Origin: an uncultured Chloroflexia bacterium | Lineage (GTDB): Bacteria; Chloroflexota; Limnocylindria; Limnocylindrales; CSP1-4 | DNA length: 64,000 nucleotides | NCBI GenBank assembly: GCA_963813535.1 | Contig: CAWEZH010000002.1 | Location: forward strand, 1,920,001-1,984,000 | Reading direction: 5' to 3' | Part shown: positions 38,419 to 52,422 of the stretch, in pieces | Position numbering within the stretch: position 1 is the first letter of the stretch | How the letters are laid out: every line of letters begins with the position of its first letter | The notes under the pieces: generated by a model | The model's database searches: none | The model's input: the letters and a program-made list of their open reading frames with translations, nothing else | Told to the model about the DNA's origin: nothing | Program-made: the position numbers and the translations under genes

Positions 38419-39420
38419 TCAACCGGTGTCTTTCAGGCGGCGCACCTCCGCTGTGATCGCGGGCACGACGGCGTGGACGTCACCGATGACGGCGTAGCTG
38501 GCGCGCTTGAAGATCGGTGCATCTGGATCGGTGTTGATGACGAGGATCCGCTTGGCGGCTTTCGCGCCGACGATGTGCTGGATCGCCCCGCTGATCCCGC
38601 AGGCGATGTACAGGTCCGGTGCGATGCGGGTACCGGTCTGCCCGATCTGCTGGGCATGGGGCCGCCAGCCGAGACTGGTGGCCACGCGCGACACGCCGAC
38701 GGCAGCCCCGAGCAGCGACGCCAGCTCATCGAGCATGGCGAACGCCTCGCCGCTCCCGAGCCCTCGACCCCCGCCGACGACGACCTTGGCATCCGCCAGC
38801 GACACCCGGTCGGCCGCGGTGGCGTCCCGACCGACGACCCGCGCTCGAAGATCCGCATCCGTGAGCGCCGGCGCGACTCGGATGACGGTCGGAGCAGGCG
38901 CCCCGGCGCTCGCGGCACGGGCCGGAACGACATGCGGGGCGACCGTCAGGAGGCGCGGCCGTCCGTCGAGGAACGCGTCCTCGAGCAGGCTGCCAGCCCA
39001 GCGCTGACGGGTGATCCGCCATGGATCGCCAGGCTCCGCGCTGACCACGTTGGCCGCCATCGGCTGGCCGGTCCGTGCCGCGACATGGGCCAGGACCTCG
39101 GTGGCGCGATCGCTCCCGGGCGCCACGACGGCGTCATATGACCCATCGACGACGATGCCGGCGACGGCAGCGGCCCAGGCTGCCGGGGCGAACGCGGCCA
39201 AACGGTCATCGGCGACCAGGTGGACCGACGCGACCCCGTATCCGCCCAACCCGGCGGCCGCGGTCTCGGCCTCGGAGGCCGCCTCCCCACCAGCGACCAC
39301 GACCGCGTCGACGTCGCAACCGAGCTGCTCCGCGAGCCCACCGGCAAACCCGAGCGCCTCCGCGCTCAGCCGGTCCGGAGCGTTTCCGGCGGTCTCGACC
39401 AGGACGAGGATCCCGCTCAC
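38419..39420 (-). CDS. etfA: Electron transfer flavoprotein alpha subunit
   Basis: VGGGRG, GVSRVA, QIGQTG, GISGAIQH, INTDPDAPIF. Confidence 0.95.
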   Translation of the reverse strand: MSGILVLVETAGNAPDRLSAEALGFAGGLAEQLGCDVDAVVVAGGEAASEAETAAAGLGGYGVASVHLVADDRLAAFAPAAWAAAVAGIVVDGSYDAVVAPGSDRATEVLAHVAARTGQPMAANVVSAEPGDPWRITRQRWAGSLLEDAFLDGRPRLLTVAPHVVPARAASAGAPAPTVIRVAPALTDADLRARVVGRDATAADRVSLADAKVVVGGGRGLGSGEAFAMLDELASLLGAAVGVSRVATSLGWRPHAQQIGQTGTRIAPDLYIACGISGAIQHIVGAKAAKRILVINTDPDAPIFKRASYAVIGDVHAVVPAITAEVRRLKDTG

Positions 39421-40181
39421 AGGATGCCGATCTCGCGCAGGATCTCGACGACGCGTGGCGCCGCCTCCGGACCGTGGCCGAGGACCTCGACGTGGGCCTC
39501 CTGTTCGACCGGCAGCTTGAGCTGCTCGAGGGTCGGGCCGCCGGCGGCACGAGCGGGTTCGATCCGCTCGATCTCCTTCTTCTTGGCTCGGAGCCGGCCG
39601 GGGACCGACGGATAGCGCGGCAGGTTGATCCCCTCTCGGACGCCGACCACCGCCGGCAGCGGCAGCTCGTAGACGTCGAAGCCTTCGGGCACCTGTCGCC
39701 GGGCGGTCGCCACGCCATCACGCACCTCGAGCGCCTTGATGCCGGTGACCATCGGCCGGTCGAGTGCGACGGCGAGGCGGATCCCGACCTGGAAGCCACC
39801 CGAGTCGGCGGACTCGTTGCCGACGAGGATCAGGTCGAACGGGCCGTCGGCCGCTTCCAGGTGGCGGACCGCATCGGTCAGCGCGGTCGAGGTCGCCATC
39901 GGGTCCCAATCGGCCCCGTCGGTCTCGAGCAGGACGGCGCGGTCGATGCCGATGGCCAGCGCGTCGCGCAGCTGGTCGGCCGCCTCTGCTGGGCCGAGCG
40001 TCAGCACGACCGACTCGCCGCCGTTCGCCTCGATCAGGCGCACGGCCTCCTCGACCGCGCACTCCTCGTGGGGGCTGACGACGAACCCGAGGAACCGGGT
40101 GTCGATCGAACGCCCGTCGTCGGCGAGCACGATGCGTCCGCCGGTCGCCGGGACGCGCTTCACGAGCGCCAGGATGCGCAT
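39417..40181 (-). CDS. etfB: Electron transfer flavoprotein beta subunit
   Basis: MRILALVKRVP, AVEEAVRL, GNESADS, INLPRYPS. ATG 40181. Confidence 0.93.
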   Translation of the reverse strand: MRILALVKRVPATGGRIVLADDGRSIDTRFLGFVVSPHEECAVEEAVRLIEANGGESVVLTLGPAEAADQLRDALAIGIDRAVLLETDGADWDPMATSTALTDAVRHLEAADGPFDLILVGNESADSGGFQVGIRLAVALDRPMVTGIKALEVRDGVATARRQVPEGFDVYELPLPAVVGVREGINLPRYPSVPGRLRAKKKEIERIEPARAAGGPTLEQLKLPVEQEAHVEVLGHGPEAAPRVVEILREIGIL

Positions 40182-40189
40182 CGACCGGG

Positions 40190-42715
40190 TCAGCTCCGGA
40201 TCCGCTCGTTGTCGGGGTCGAACAGCGGGGTGGCGCCGGCGATCGCCACCGTGACCGGGTAGCGCTCGCCGAAGTACTCGACCTGCAGCTTGGTCCCCTC
40301 GACGGCCTGCTCGGGCGGCAGGTACGACATGAGCAGGTGCTTGCCGACCGACGGACCGGACCCGGCGCTCGTGACGTACGACCGGCGGCCCTTGGCGTCG
40401 ACGAGCGGGCTGCCGTCCTCGGCGAGGATCGGCTCGCGGCCGAGCATGTACCGCTGCACGCCGCTCTTCGAGGTGTTGTCGTCGACAGTCAACGTGCACA
40501 GGATCGCGGCCGGCTCCGCGTCCCGCTGCCGCAGGTAGGCCTCGCGCCCGACGAAGTCGGCATCCTTGACCGTCGGGCGCGCCATCCCGGCTTCGACCAG
40601 GTCGAAATCGAGCTCGAGCTCGGCGCCATGCGCGCGGTAGCCCTTCTCCAGTCGCGATGTCACCGCGTACGTGCCGATCCCGACAGGGACGAGGCCGTGG
40701 GGTTGCCCCGCTCGCCAGAGGGCGTCCCAGACGCGCAGGCCCTGCTCGATGGGCACGTAGATCTCCCACCCGAGCTCGCCGACGTAGCTGATCCGCGACG
40801 CGAGGGTCCGGACGCCATCGACCTCGACGGTCTTCGACGTCAGGAACGGGAAGCCCTTGTGGCTGATGTCGGCGCTGCCGTCGGACGCCGCGCCGAGGAC
40901 GTCTCGGGCGCCCGGCCCCCACAGGCCGAAGGTCGTGAACGCGTTCGTCACGTCGTGCAACTGCGCCGAGCCGTCGGCGGGCATCGCGTCCCGGAAGATC
41001 TTCTTGTCGCGCATGCCCATGCCACCGCCGGTCACGACGCGGAACTGGTCATGGGCCAACCGCATGATCGTGAGGTCGGCCAGGATCCCACCGGCGCTGT
41101 TCAGCAACGGCGTGTAGACGGTCCGACCGGGCGCGACGTCGACCTTGTTGACCGCCAGGCGTTCCAGGGCGGCCAGTGCGCCGGGTCCGGTCACGTCGAA
41201 GATCGCGAATGCCGACAGGTCGACGAGGCCGGCCCGATCGCGCATCGCCAGATGCTCGGCGTTGATGATCGGCGACCACCAGCGTGATTCCCACTCGGCC
41301 TTGCGAGGCATGACGCGGTCCCCGTACTCGCCGAGGAGCGACTCGTTCGTGCCGTACCAATAGGGTCGCTCCCAGCCCGCCGCCTCGAAGAACTCGGCGC
41401 CCAGCTCGACATGTCGGTCGTAGGCCGGCGACAGCCGGATCGGCCGGTTCGAGCCCCACTGCTCCATCGGGTGGACGATGCCGTAGGTCTTGTTGAATCC
41501 CTCGCTGGCGCGCGCGTCGATGTGCTGCGCGGCCTTGTGGTGGTCGTAGAAGCGGGCGATGTCCGATCCGTGCGGGTCGATCTCGGGCTCGCCGGTGGTC
41601 ATCCACTCGGCGAGCGCCTTGGCGATGCCCGGCGCCTCCTTGATCCAGATCGCCGCCGCCGACCACAGTCCCTTCACCTCCGGGGTCTCGCCGATGATGG
41701 GGTTGCCGTCCGGGGTGAGCGACAGGAGTCCGTTGATCGCCAGCTTCACGCCGACGGATTCGTCACCGACGATCTCGGGGAAGAGCTCGAGGGCGTCCTC
41801 GAGCTGCGGGTCGAAGTCCTCCTGTGTGAACGGGAGCATCGTCGGCGACAGTGCGGAGGCCTCGATCGACGGGATGTCGTCGGCGTCCATCAGGATGGCC
41901 CGGTGGGCGTACGAGCCGACCTCGAAGCCGGTCCCGTGCTGTCGCTCGTACATGTTGGTGTCCATGTCCCGGACGATCGGGAAGCCGACTTCCTTGGTCG
42001 TGTGCTCGAACTGCGGCACCGGACCGATGTCGATCATCTGGTGCACCGCCGGGGTCAGCGGGATCGACGCCCCGGCCATCCGCGCGATGCGCGGGCTCCA
42101 CACGCCACACGCAACGACGACGGTGTCGGCGGCGACGTCGCCCTGGTCCGTGCGCACGCCGCGCACGTGCCCGTCGACGACGTCGATGCCGGTGACCTCG
42201 ACCCCGGCCGCGACCGTCAGGGCGCCCATGTCCTGCGCCTTCTGGCGCATGAGCGTGCCGGCCTGGAGCGAGTCCACGATGCCGACACCCGGGGTGTAGA
42301 ACCCGCCCAGGATCACCGAGTCCTCGATGAACGGGACCATCTCCTTGACCTCGGTCGGCGTGAGCAGCCGGGAACCCTCGATCCCCCACGAGGTCGAGGA
42401 CGCCATGCGGCGCTTGAGCTCCTCCATCCGTTCCGTCGTGCGCGCGACCTCGATCCCGCCCGTCTCGTCGTACACGCCGAGCTCTCGGTACTGGTTGGCG
42501 CTGTCGACCGTGAAGGCCGTCATCTCCTTCGAGTGGTCGACGAGGAAGATGAAGTTCGAGGCATGACCGGTCGACCCACCGGGGCTCGGGAGGGGCCCCT
42601 TGTCCAGCAGCACGATGTTCCGCCAGCCCTGCTCAGCCAGGTGGTACGCCATGCTGTTGCCGACGATGCCGGCGCCGATGACGACGACGTCCGCTCGCGC
42701 CGGGAGCGCGCCCAT
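40190..42715 (-). CDS. FAD/THF-dependent sarcosine or dimethylglycine dehydrogenase (DAO + GcvT domains)
   Basis: IGAGIVG, GSTGHA, GWERP, RISYVGELGWEIY, RLEKGY. ATG 42715 with GGAGGAGG RBS; co-transcribed with etfBA. Confidence 0.9.
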   Translation of the reverse strand: MGALPARADVVVIGAGIVGNSMAYHLAEQGWRNIVLLDKGPLPSPGGSTGHASNFIFLVDHSKEMTAFTVDSANQYRELGVYDETGGIEVARTTERMEELKRRMASSTSWGIEGSRLLTPTEVKEMVPFIEDSVILGGFYTPGVGIVDSLQAGTLMRQKAQDMGALTVAAGVEVTGIDVVDGHVRGVRTDQGDVAADTVVVACGVWSPRIARMAGASIPLTPAVHQMIDIGPVPQFEHTTKEVGFPIVRDMDTNMYERQHGTGFEVGSYAHRAILMDADDIPSIEASALSPTMLPFTQEDFDPQLEDALELFPEIVGDESVGVKLAINGLLSLTPDGNPIIGETPEVKGLWSAAAIWIKEAPGIAKALAEWMTTGEPEIDPHGSDIARFYDHHKAAQHIDARASEGFNKTYGIVHPMEQWGSNRPIRLSPAYDRHVELGAEFFEAAGWERPYWYGTNESLLGEYGDRVMPRKAEWESRWWSPIINAEHLAMRDRAGLVDLSAFAIFDVTGPGALAALERLAVNKVDVAPGRTVYTPLLNSAGGILADLTIMRLAHDQFRVVTGGGMGMRDKKIFRDAMPADGSAQLHDVTNAFTTFGLWGPGARDVLGAASDGSADISHKGFPFLTSKTVEVDGVRTLASRISYVGELGWEIYVPIEQGLRVWDALWRAGQPHGLVPVGIGTYAVTSRLEKGYRAHGAELELDFDLVEAGMARPTVKDADFVGREAYLRQRDAEPAAILCTLTVDDNTSKSGVQRYMLGREPILAEDGSPLVDAKGRRSYVTSAGSGPSVGKHLLMSYLPPEQAVEGTKLQVEYFGERYPVTVAIAGATPLFDPDNERIRS

Positions 42716-42800
42716 GCAGACCCTCCTCCTCCGCCGCGTCGATGGGGCGGCGTGCGGGAGAGGATACCCGGACACCGGACCCGGAGCGCGCTACCGCGCC

Positions 42801-42829
42801 TTGACCGCCGCCCGAGCCGGTCCCATCCT
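42801..42829 (+). promoter_or_regulatory. Candidate sigma70 promoter for the betB-proVWX operon
   Basis: TTGACC-N17-CATCCT, 33 nt upstream of GTG 42863. Confidence 0.35.
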
Positions 42830-42862
42830 CGGCCGTCCGAGCCAGAGTCGAGCGAGGGGACC

Positions 42863-44332
42863 GTGGCGAGCCTGTTCATCGATGGTGTGTGGGTCGCTTC
42901 AGGCGACGGGACGTGCAGTCCGGTCATCAACCCGAGCGACGGCTCGATCCTGACCGAGGTCGATGTCGCCACGGATGAGCAGGTACAGGCGGCGATCGCG
43001 GCGGCGCGTCGAGCGTTCGACGCGACCGACTGGCCACGGACGCCGGCCGGCGAGCGTGCCGCGCTCCTGGACCGCGTCGCGGGTCTGCTCGAGCGTGACC
43101 TCGAGGACCTGGCGCGCGAGGAGACCATCAACACGGGCAAGGCCATGCGCGAGAGCCGCGCCGACATCGCCGAGGTCGTGAGCGTCTTCCGCTACTACGC
43201 GGACATCGCCGACGACGAGCCGGGTCGAATCGTCGACGCGGGCGTCCCCACTGCCATCAGCCGCATCGCCTACGAGCCGGTCGGTGTGTGCGGGCTCATC
43301 GGACCGTGGAACTACCCGCTCCTCCAGTTGTCCTGGAAGATCGCGCCGGCCCTGGCCGCCGGCTGCACGGCCGTGATGAAGCCTGCTCACCTGACGCCGC
43401 TGACCGCGATCCACCTGACGCGGCTGCTCGACGAGGCCGGCGTGCCGCCGGGCGTGGTCAATCTCGTCCTGGGGCCGGGCGAGCGCGTCGGCCAGGCCCT
43501 CGCCGACTCGCCCGACATCGACCTCATCTCGCTCACCGGCGGCATCGAGGCCGGTCGGTCGCTGATGCGTGGCGCGGCGGTCAACGTGAAGCGGGTCGCG
43601 CTCGAGCTCGGCGGGAAGAGCCCCAACATCGTCTTCGCCGACGCCGACTTCGAGACGGCGGTCGACAACGCCCTTACCGCGGCGTTCGTCCATTCGGGCC
43701 AGGTCTGCTCTGCCGGCTGTCGGGCCATCGTCGAGGCGTCCATCCACGACCGGTTCGTGGCCGCTGTGGCCGCGCGGGCCGATCGGATCCGGGTCGGGCA
43801 CGGGTTGGATGAGCGGACCGAGACAGGGGCGCTCATCTCGGCCGAGCACCGGGCCAGGGTCGAGGCGTACGTCACGGGTGCCGTCGACGATGGGGCCCGC
43901 ATCGTGGCCGGCGGCCGGCGTCCGGCCGAGCCCGAGCTCCAGGCGGGCTTCTTCTACCGACCGACGGTCGTCGCCGATGTCACTCGCGAGATGCGGATCG
44001 TGCGCGAGGAGGTCTTCGGCCCGGTGCTCACCGTCGAGCAATTCTCGACCGAGGACGAGGCGATCGAGCTCGCGAACGACACCGAGTACGGCCTGGCCGG
44101 GGCGGTCTGGACGGCCGATGCCGCGCGCGCCCAGCGCGTCGCCGCCCGGCTTCGGGCCGGCACCGTCTGGATCAACGACTACAACATGTACGTGCCGCAG
44201 GCGGAGTGGGGCGGCTTCAAGCGCTCCGGGATCGGCCGGGAACTTGGCCCGAGCGGGCTGGACGAGTACCGTGAGGCGAAGCACATCTGGCTGAACACGG
44301 CGCCTGGTCCCACTGGCTGGTTCGGAGGGTGA
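42863..44332 (+). CDS. betB: Betaine aldehyde dehydrogenase-like ALDH
   Basis: [40 protein letters not shown]; context with the betaine transporter. Start GTG 42863. Confidence 0.82.
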   Translation: MASLFIDGVWVASGDGTCSPVINPSDGSILTEVDVATDEQVQAAIAAARRAFDATDWPRTPAGERAALLDRVAGLLERDLEDLAREETINTGKAMRESRADIAEVVSVFRYYADIADDEPGRIVDAGVPTAISRIAYEPVGVCGLIGPWNYPLLQLSWKIAPALAAGCTAVMKPAHLTPLTAIHLTRLLDEAGVPPGVVNLVLGPGERVGQALADSPDIDLISLTGGIEAGRSLMRGAAVNVKRVALELGGKSPNIVFADADFETAVDNALTAAFVHSGQVCSAGCRAIVEASIHDRFVAAVAARADRIRVGHGLDERTETGALISAEHRARVEAYVTGAVDDGARIVAGGRRPAEPELQAGFFYRPTVVADVTREMRIVREEVFGPVLTVEQFSTEDEAIELANDTEYGLAGAVWTADAARAQRVAARLRAGTVWINDYNMYVPQAEWGGFKRSGIGRELGPSGLDEYREAKHIWLNTAPGPTGWFGG

Positions 44333-44336
44333 CGAC

Positions 44337-45443
44337 GTGACCGCGACCACGGATCCGGTGACCCGCGTACCCGTGAGCGAGCACTCCCCGTCGGAGCCGA
44401 CGCTGGCCGTCAGGAACCTGTGGAAGATCTTCGGGGAGGCTGAGCACAAGGTCATCGGCACGCCGGACGCTGCCCTCACTCGGGACGAGCTGCGACGGAA
44501 GACCGGCGCCACGATCGGCCTGCGCGACGTGTCGTTCGACGTCCGGCCCGGCGAGGTCTGCGTGGTGATGGGGCTGTCGGGCAGCGGCAAGTCGACGCTC
44601 GTGCGCTGCATGACGCGACTCATCGAGCCGACAGCCGGCGAGGTCCTGCTCGATGGCGAGGACATCCTCGCGGCCAGCCAGGAGAAGCTGCGCGAGCTTC
44701 GTCGACGGCGCTTCAGCATGGTCTTCCAGCACTTCGGCCTGCTGCCCCACCGGAAGGTGATCGAGAACGTCGCCTTCGGCCTCGAGATCCGCGGTGAGAC
44801 GAAGGCCGCTCGAGAGGAGCGCGCGCGGGCGATCATCGACCTCGTCGGGCTCCAGGGCCACGCCGACAGCTACCCGGATCAGCTCTCCGGAGGGATGCAA
44901 CAGCGGGTGGGCCTCGCCCGCGCCCTGGCCGTCGATCCCGAGGTGATGTTCCTCGACGAGCCGTTCAGCGCGCTCGATCCGCTGATCCGCCGGGACATGC
45001 AGAACGAGGTCCTGCGCCTCCACCACGAGGTCGGCAAGACCATGGTGTTCATCACGCACGACCTGGCCGAGGCGCTGAAGCTCGGCGATCACATCGTGAT
45101 CATGCGCGACGGCGCGGTCGTCCAGATCGGCCGACCGGAAGAGGTCGTAGGCGCCCCCGCCGACGACTACGTCGCCGATTTCGTGAGCGACGTGCCCAAG
45201 AGCCACGTACTGACGCTGCGCTGGATCATGCGGCCGGTCGAGCCCGGCGACCCGACGGACGGTCCCGAATTCGCGGCCTCCGCCGTCATCAACACCTGTC
45301 TCGAGACCGCGGCGTCCACCGATCGGCCGATCCGTGTCGTCGAGGACGGCCGGCTCGTCGGCATGGTCGACCGGGCTCGCATCCTTGCCGCCGTCGCCGA
45401 CACGGTCGGAGGGCGGCTGATCGACACGATGGCCGGCCGATGA
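44337..45443 (+). CDS. proV: Glycine betaine/choline ABC transporter ATPase
   Basis: [39 protein letters not shown]. Confidence 0.92.
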   Translation: MTATTDPVTRVPVSEHSPSEPTLAVRNLWKIFGEAEHKVIGTPDAALTRDELRRKTGATIGLRDVSFDVRPGEVCVVMGLSGSGKSTLVRCMTRLIEPTAGEVLLDGEDILAASQEKLRELRRRRFSMVFQHFGLLPHRKVIENVAFGLEIRGETKAAREERARAIIDLVGLQGHADSYPDQLSGGMQQRVGLARALAVDPEVMFLDEPFSALDPLIRRDMQNEVLRLHHEVGKTMVFITHDLAEALKLGDHIVIMRDGAVVQIGRPEEVVGAPADDYVADFVSDVPKSHVLTLRWIMRPVEPGDPTDGPEFAASAVINTCLETAASTDRPIRVVEDGRLVGMVDRARILAAVADTVGGRLIDTMAGR

Positions 45444-47377
45444 CGGCAGTCTCGGTCCCGGCCATCCGCCGACGCGAGGCGGCCATCCCGAAGTGGGCGT
45501 GGTTCCTCGCGATCATGGCCGTCGCGGCCATCCTCTATGTCCTGTTCGCGGGCACGGCTGTCCAGCCGCATGACAACCAGCACCCGCTGTTCCTCGCCCT
45601 CAACAGCGTGCGCGACTGGATCCGGGACAACCGCGACAACCCGGTCTACTTCGTCCTCTTCGTGATCCCGCGAACGGTCGTTGACATCCTGCTGGAATCG
45701 CTGACCGGGGCGTTGCACGCCATCGGCTGGCCGGCCCTCATCGCGGTCGCCGGCCTCCTCGGCTACGTCGCCGATGGGCTCCGCCGTGCAGTCCTGACCG
45801 CCCTCGGGTTCGCTGTGCTCGGCTTGCTCGGCCTGTGGACGTCGAGCGTCGACACCCTCGGGGCGATCATCGCCGCGGTGTCCCTGGCGATCCTGTTCGG
45901 CGTCCCGCTCGGCATCCTCGTCGCCCAGAACGCCCGGGCCAGACGGATCCTGACGCCGATCCTGGACGTGATGCAGATCATGCCGACGTTCGCCTACCTG
46001 GGGCCGTTCGTGTTGCTGTACGGGATCGGACCGGCGGCTGCGGCCATCGTCACGCTCATCTACGCGATGCCGGCGGCGATCCGCATCACGGCCCTGGGCA
46101 TCCGCGGCGTGCCGGTCAATACGGTCGAGGCCGGACGATCGCTGGGGGCGACGGGTCGCCAGTTGCTGACCGGGGTCAAGCTGCCGATGGCTCGCAAGGA
46201 GCTGGCCCTCGCGCTCAACCAGACGTTGATGCTGTCGCTCTCGATGATCGTGATCACGGCGCTCATCAACGCACCGGGTCTCGGGCAGGACACGCTCACC
46301 GCGCTGATCCGCAACGACGCAGGTGCGATGTTCGATGCCGGCGTGGCCATCGTCATCCTGGCGATCGCCCTCGATCGGCTCACCGAAGGGTTCAGCCTCC
46401 GCCTCGACCCCCACCGGCGGGCGACGGCCGGGATCACCTCCACCGATCGGCGCTGGCTACGGATCGGGCTCATCGCGTGCGCGGGCCTCGCGCTGATCGG
46501 CCTGGTGGTCCCGTTCGCCCAGGATTTCCCGGACGCCATCACGATCTCGTTCCGGGAGCCCGTGAACGCATTCGTCGATTGGCTCCGCAGCGATGTCGCC
46601 TGGCTGACAAGCGGGATCAAGGACATCGTCACCTACGGGCTCTTGAACCCGATCCAGGAGGTTCTGACACAGGCGCCGTTCTGGCTGGTGATCGGCGTCG
46701 TGGTCGCCCTGACCGTGCTGATCAGCGGCATGCGCGCGGCGATGGTGGCGGGCCTCGCACTCGCCGCGATCTTCGCGATGGGTCTCTGGCAGCACTCGAT
46801 GGAGACCTTGATGCAGGTGCTCGTCGCGACCGGCTTCACGTTCGCGATCGGCCTGGCACTGGGCATCGCGTCCGCGCGCAGCGATCGCATCGCCGGGATC
46901 CTTCGTCCGATCCTCGATACCCTCCAGACGATCCCCGCGTTCGTGTACCTGCTCCCGGCGCTGATCCTGTTCGAAGCGACGCGGATGACCGCCATCTTCG
47001 CGGCGGTCATCTTCGCCCTCCCGCCGGTCATCCGGCTCGTCGACATCGGGATCCGGTCGGTACCGGCCACGATCATCGAGTCCGCCACGTCATCAGGAGC
47101 GGACAGTCGCCAGATGCTGACGGGGGTACAGCTGCCGATCGCGCGACCGGCCATCATCCTCGCCGCCAACCAGGCGGTGATCATCGTCCTTTCGATGATC
47201 GTGGTCGGCGGTCTCGTCGGTGGCGGTGCGCTCGGCTACGACGTGGTGGCCGGCTTCTCGCAGGGGGACAAGTTCGGGCTCGGGCTGGCCGCGGGGTTTG
47301 CCCTGGTCCTGCTTGGCGTCATGCTGGACCGGATGACCCAGGGAGCCGCGGGACGAGTCTCACCGCTACAACGGTGA
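45440..47377 (+). CDS. proW: Glycine betaine/choline ABC transporter permease (two fused ProW domains)
   Basis: [15 protein letters not shown] and [15 protein letters not shown]; two EAA-like loops. Confidence 0.9.
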   Translation: MTAVSVPAIRRREAAIPKWAWFLAIMAVAAILYVLFAGTAVQPHDNQHPLFLALNSVRDWIRDNRDNPVYFVLFVIPRTVVDILLESLTGALHAIGWPALIAVAGLLGYVADGLRRAVLTALGFAVLGLLGLWTSSVDTLGAIIAAVSLAILFGVPLGILVAQNARARRILTPILDVMQIMPTFAYLGPFVLLYGIGPAAAAIVTLIYAMPAAIRITALGIRGVPVNTVEAGRSLGATGRQLLTGVKLPMARKELALALNQTLMLSLSMIVITALINAPGLGQDTLTALIRNDAGAMFDAGVAIVILAIALDRLTEGFSLRLDPHRRATAGITSTDRRWLRIGLIACAGLALIGLVVPFAQDFPDAITISFREPVNAFVDWLRSDVAWLTSGIKDIVTYGLLNPIQEVLTQAPFWLVIGVVVALTVLISGMRAAMVAGLALAAIFAMGLWQHSMETLMQVLVATGFTFAIGLALGIASARSDRIAGILRPILDTLQTIPAFVYLLPALILFEATRMTAIFAAVIFALPPVIRLVDIGIRSVPATIIESATSSGADSRQMLTGVQLPIARPAIILAANQAVIIVLSMIVVGGLVGGGALGYDVVAGFSQGDKFGLGLAAGFALVLLGVMLDRMTQGAAGRVSPLQR

Positions 47378-47471
47378 CGGCGCGAGCCCGGGGGTTTCCT
47401 CGACGGCGTCTGTCGCGGATAATCGCCGGACCGACCCGGTCGCCGGGTCGTCAGAGGAGGATCCAGACCTG

Positions 47472-48410
47472 ATGGGTGTGACCAGGCGCGCTCGCGCGCT
47501 CATCGCAGCGACCGGCACTGCGCTCGTCGTCGCTGCGTGCAGTGGTGGAGGCGGAACCAGCGAGGTCGTCGACATCGCCGTCAATCCGTGGGTGGGCTAC
47601 GAGGCCAACGCGGGCGTCGTCGGCAACCTGCTGGAGAAGCAGCTCGGCTTCAAGGTCGAGTACAAGGACCTGGCCGAACAGGTGAGCTGGGAGGGCTTCG
47701 AGTCCGGCGAGGTGGACGCCATCGTCGAGAACTGGGGCCACGCGGACCTGATCAAGACCTACGTGACCGACAAGGCCGTGGCGGTCGCCGCGGGGAGCAC
47801 CGGGGTCGATGGCATCATCGGCTGGTTCGTTCCGCCCTGGATGGCGACGCAGTACCCCGACATCACCGACTACACGAAGCTCAACGGCTACGCCGAGATG
47901 TTCAAGACGTCCGAATCCGGTGACAAGGGTCAGTTCCTGGCCGGGGACCCGTCGTTCGTGACCAACGACCAGGGCATCATCAACGGTCTCGATCTGAACT
48001 TCGAGGTCGTGTACGCCGGCAGCGAGGCCGCCCTCATCGAGGCGTTCCGCAAGGCCGAGCAGGACAAGACACCGCTGCTCGGGTACTTCTACTCGCCGCA
48101 GTGGTTCCTCAACGAGGTGCCGCTCGTCAAGATCAACCTCCCGGAGTGGACAGAAGGGTGCGACGCGAACCCGGAGAACATCACCTGCGACTACGCGCCG
48201 TACACCCCGCTCGACAAGTACATCAGCAAGAACCTCGAGACGAAGGCACCGAAGGCCGCCCAGTTCATCAAGAACTTCCAGTGGACGGCCGAAGACCAGA
48301 ACACTGTCGCCAACTACATCACCAACGAGAACATGGACCGCGCCGCGGCCGCTGAGAAGTGGGTCGCCGAGAACGAGGCGGTCTGGAAGCCCTGGATCCC
48401 GGCCTCCTGA
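47472..48410 (+). CDS. proX: Glycine betaine/choline-binding lipoprotein (ProX/OpuAC)
   Basis: Lipobox VAAC; NPWVGYEA, ENW, GWFVP, YFYSPQW. Confidence 0.88.
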   Translation: MGVTRRARALIAATGTALVVAACSGGGGTSEVVDIAVNPWVGYEANAGVVGNLLEKQLGFKVEYKDLAEQVSWEGFESGEVDAIVENWGHADLIKTYVTDKAVAVAAGSTGVDGIIGWFVPPWMATQYPDITDYTKLNGYAEMFKTSESGDKGQFLAGDPSFVTNDQGIINGLDLNFEVVYAGSEAALIEAFRKAEQDKTPLLGYFYSPQWFLNEVPLVKINLPEWTEGCDANPENITCDYAPYTPLDKYISKNLETKAPKAAQFIKNFQWTAEDQNTVANYITNENMDRAAAAEKWVAENEAVWKPWIPAS

Positions 48411-50950
<2,540 letters not shown>

Positions 50951-51158
50951 CCACCGCGCGAGGCGATATCTTCGCGGACATCCGGCGTTAACAAACCCAT
51001 CACATGGTCTTGACGCCCGACGACCTGAGAGGTGCAATGCACCGACACCGGAGCGAGGCGTGGGAGATCGGCCCATCCGGGATGACTTGGGAATGAGGAG
51101 GTCCCGGGTCGGGGTTCAGGGCGACCACCGTCATCCACAGGATCCTGGAGGAGACACG

Positions 51159-52394
51159 TTGACCACGAAACGGTATCTGACCCGCTGGGCGGGCCTGTTC
51201 GCCGCATCGGCGATCATCTTCGGAGCGTGCTCGAGTCCGGCCGCGTCGACCGCGCCGTCGGCTGCGTCCACGGCACCGTCCGTAGCGCCATCGGAGAGCG
51301 CCGGGGCGTCGCCATCGGCGTCCGCCGCCGCAGGCGGCTTCGAGCAGTTCGTACCCGACCCGGCGCTGCTCGCGGCCGCAAAGGCTGAGGGCACGCTCTC
51401 GACGATCGCGTTGCCCCACGATTGGTGCAACTACGGCCCGCGAGACGGCTGGACGGGGTCGAACGTCATCGACACCTTCAAGGAGCGAACGGGGCTCGAG
51501 GTCAATGAGCTCGATCCGCTCGCCGGCTCAGGCGACGAGGTCGAGGCGATCAAAGCCAACAAAGACAACCCCGGACCGCAGGCCCCGGACGTCATCGACG
51601 TCGGCCTATCCTTCGGTCCATCGGCCAAGGAAGAGAGCCTGCTGCAGGCGTACAAGGTGGCCACGTGGGACACCATCCCAGAGGACGCCAAGGATGCCGA
51701 GGGCTTCTGGGTGGGCGACTACTACGGCGTCCTGTCGTTCGAGGTCAACACGGCCGTCGTCCCGAACGTTCCGCAGGACTGGGCCGACCTGCTGAAGCCC
51801 GAATACAAGGGCCAGATCGCCCTCGCCGGCGATCCGCGGACCTCCAACCAGGCGATCCAGACGGTCTATGCTGCGGCGCTCGCCAACGGCGGGTCGCTCG
51901 ACAACGCACAGCCCGGCCTCGACTTCTTCAAGCAACTCAACGACGCCGGCAACCTCCTGCCCGGCATCTCCTCGGCGGCGACGGTCGCATCGGGCGACAC
52001 GCCGATCACGATCCGCTGGACCTACAACGCCCTCGCCGGCCGCGATGCGACGGCGGCAAGTGGTGGCCCGGCGATCGAGGTCGTCGTTCCCGCGAGCGGT
52101 CGCTTCGCCGGCGTGTACGTCCAGGGCATCAGCGCATTCGCGCCGCACCCGAACGCGGCCAAGTTGTGGCAGGAGTTCCTATACAGCGACGAAGGCCAGA
52201 ACAACTGGCTCGCGGGCTATTGCCATCCCATCCGCTACGAGAACCTCGTCACGGAGAACAAGGTGCCGCAGGAGCAGCTCGACAAGCTGCCGGATGTCGA
52301 GGGCGCGGTCTTCCCGACCCTCGATCAGCTGAATGCGGCCACCGCGCTCATCACCGAGAAGTGGGACAGCACGGTGGGGCTGAACGTCCAGTAG
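51159..52394 (+). CDS. ABC transporter substrate-binding lipoprotein (PotD/AfuA/PhnS class)
   Basis: GGAGGAG RBS and TTG start; lipobox FGAC; Ser/Ala/Pro linker; APHPNAAKLWQEFLYSDEGQ. Confidence 0.88.
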   Translation: MTTKRYLTRWAGLFAASAIIFGACSSPAASTAPSAASTAPSVAPSESAGASPSASAAAGGFEQFVPDPALLAAAKAEGTLSTIALPHDWCNYGPRDGWTGSNVIDTFKERTGLEVNELDPLAGSGDEVEAIKANKDNPGPQAPDVIDVGLSFGPSAKEESLLQAYKVATWDTIPEDAKDAEGFWVGDYYGVLSFEVNTAVVPNVPQDWADLLKPEYKGQIALAGDPRTSNQAIQTVYAAALANGGSLDNAQPGLDFFKQLNDAGNLLPGISSAATVASGDTPITIRWTYNALAGRDATAASGGPAIEVVVPASGRFAGVYVQGISAFAPHPNAAKLWQEFLYSDEGQNNWLAGYCHPIRYENLVTENKVPQEQLDKLPDVEGAVFPTLDQLNAATALITEKWDSTVGLNVQ

Positions 52395-52422
52395 CCGACT
52401 GACGCGCTCGGCGGACCACACC

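Noticed and set aside
41411-42862. Apparent 484-aa N-terminal fusion to BetB
   Set aside because: Overlaps the dehydrogenase on the other strand; the ALDH fold begins at GTG 42863 with an RBS.
36719-42862. Cobalamin riboswitch before the corrinoid gene, or glycine riboswitch before the GcvT-family gene
   Set aside because: The intergenic regions are short (107 and 147 nt) and lack the B12-box or glycine aptamer consensus.
51235-51335. STAPSAA-type repeats in the binding-protein gene
   Set aside because: Ordinary lipoprotein tether linker, not a DNA repeat element.
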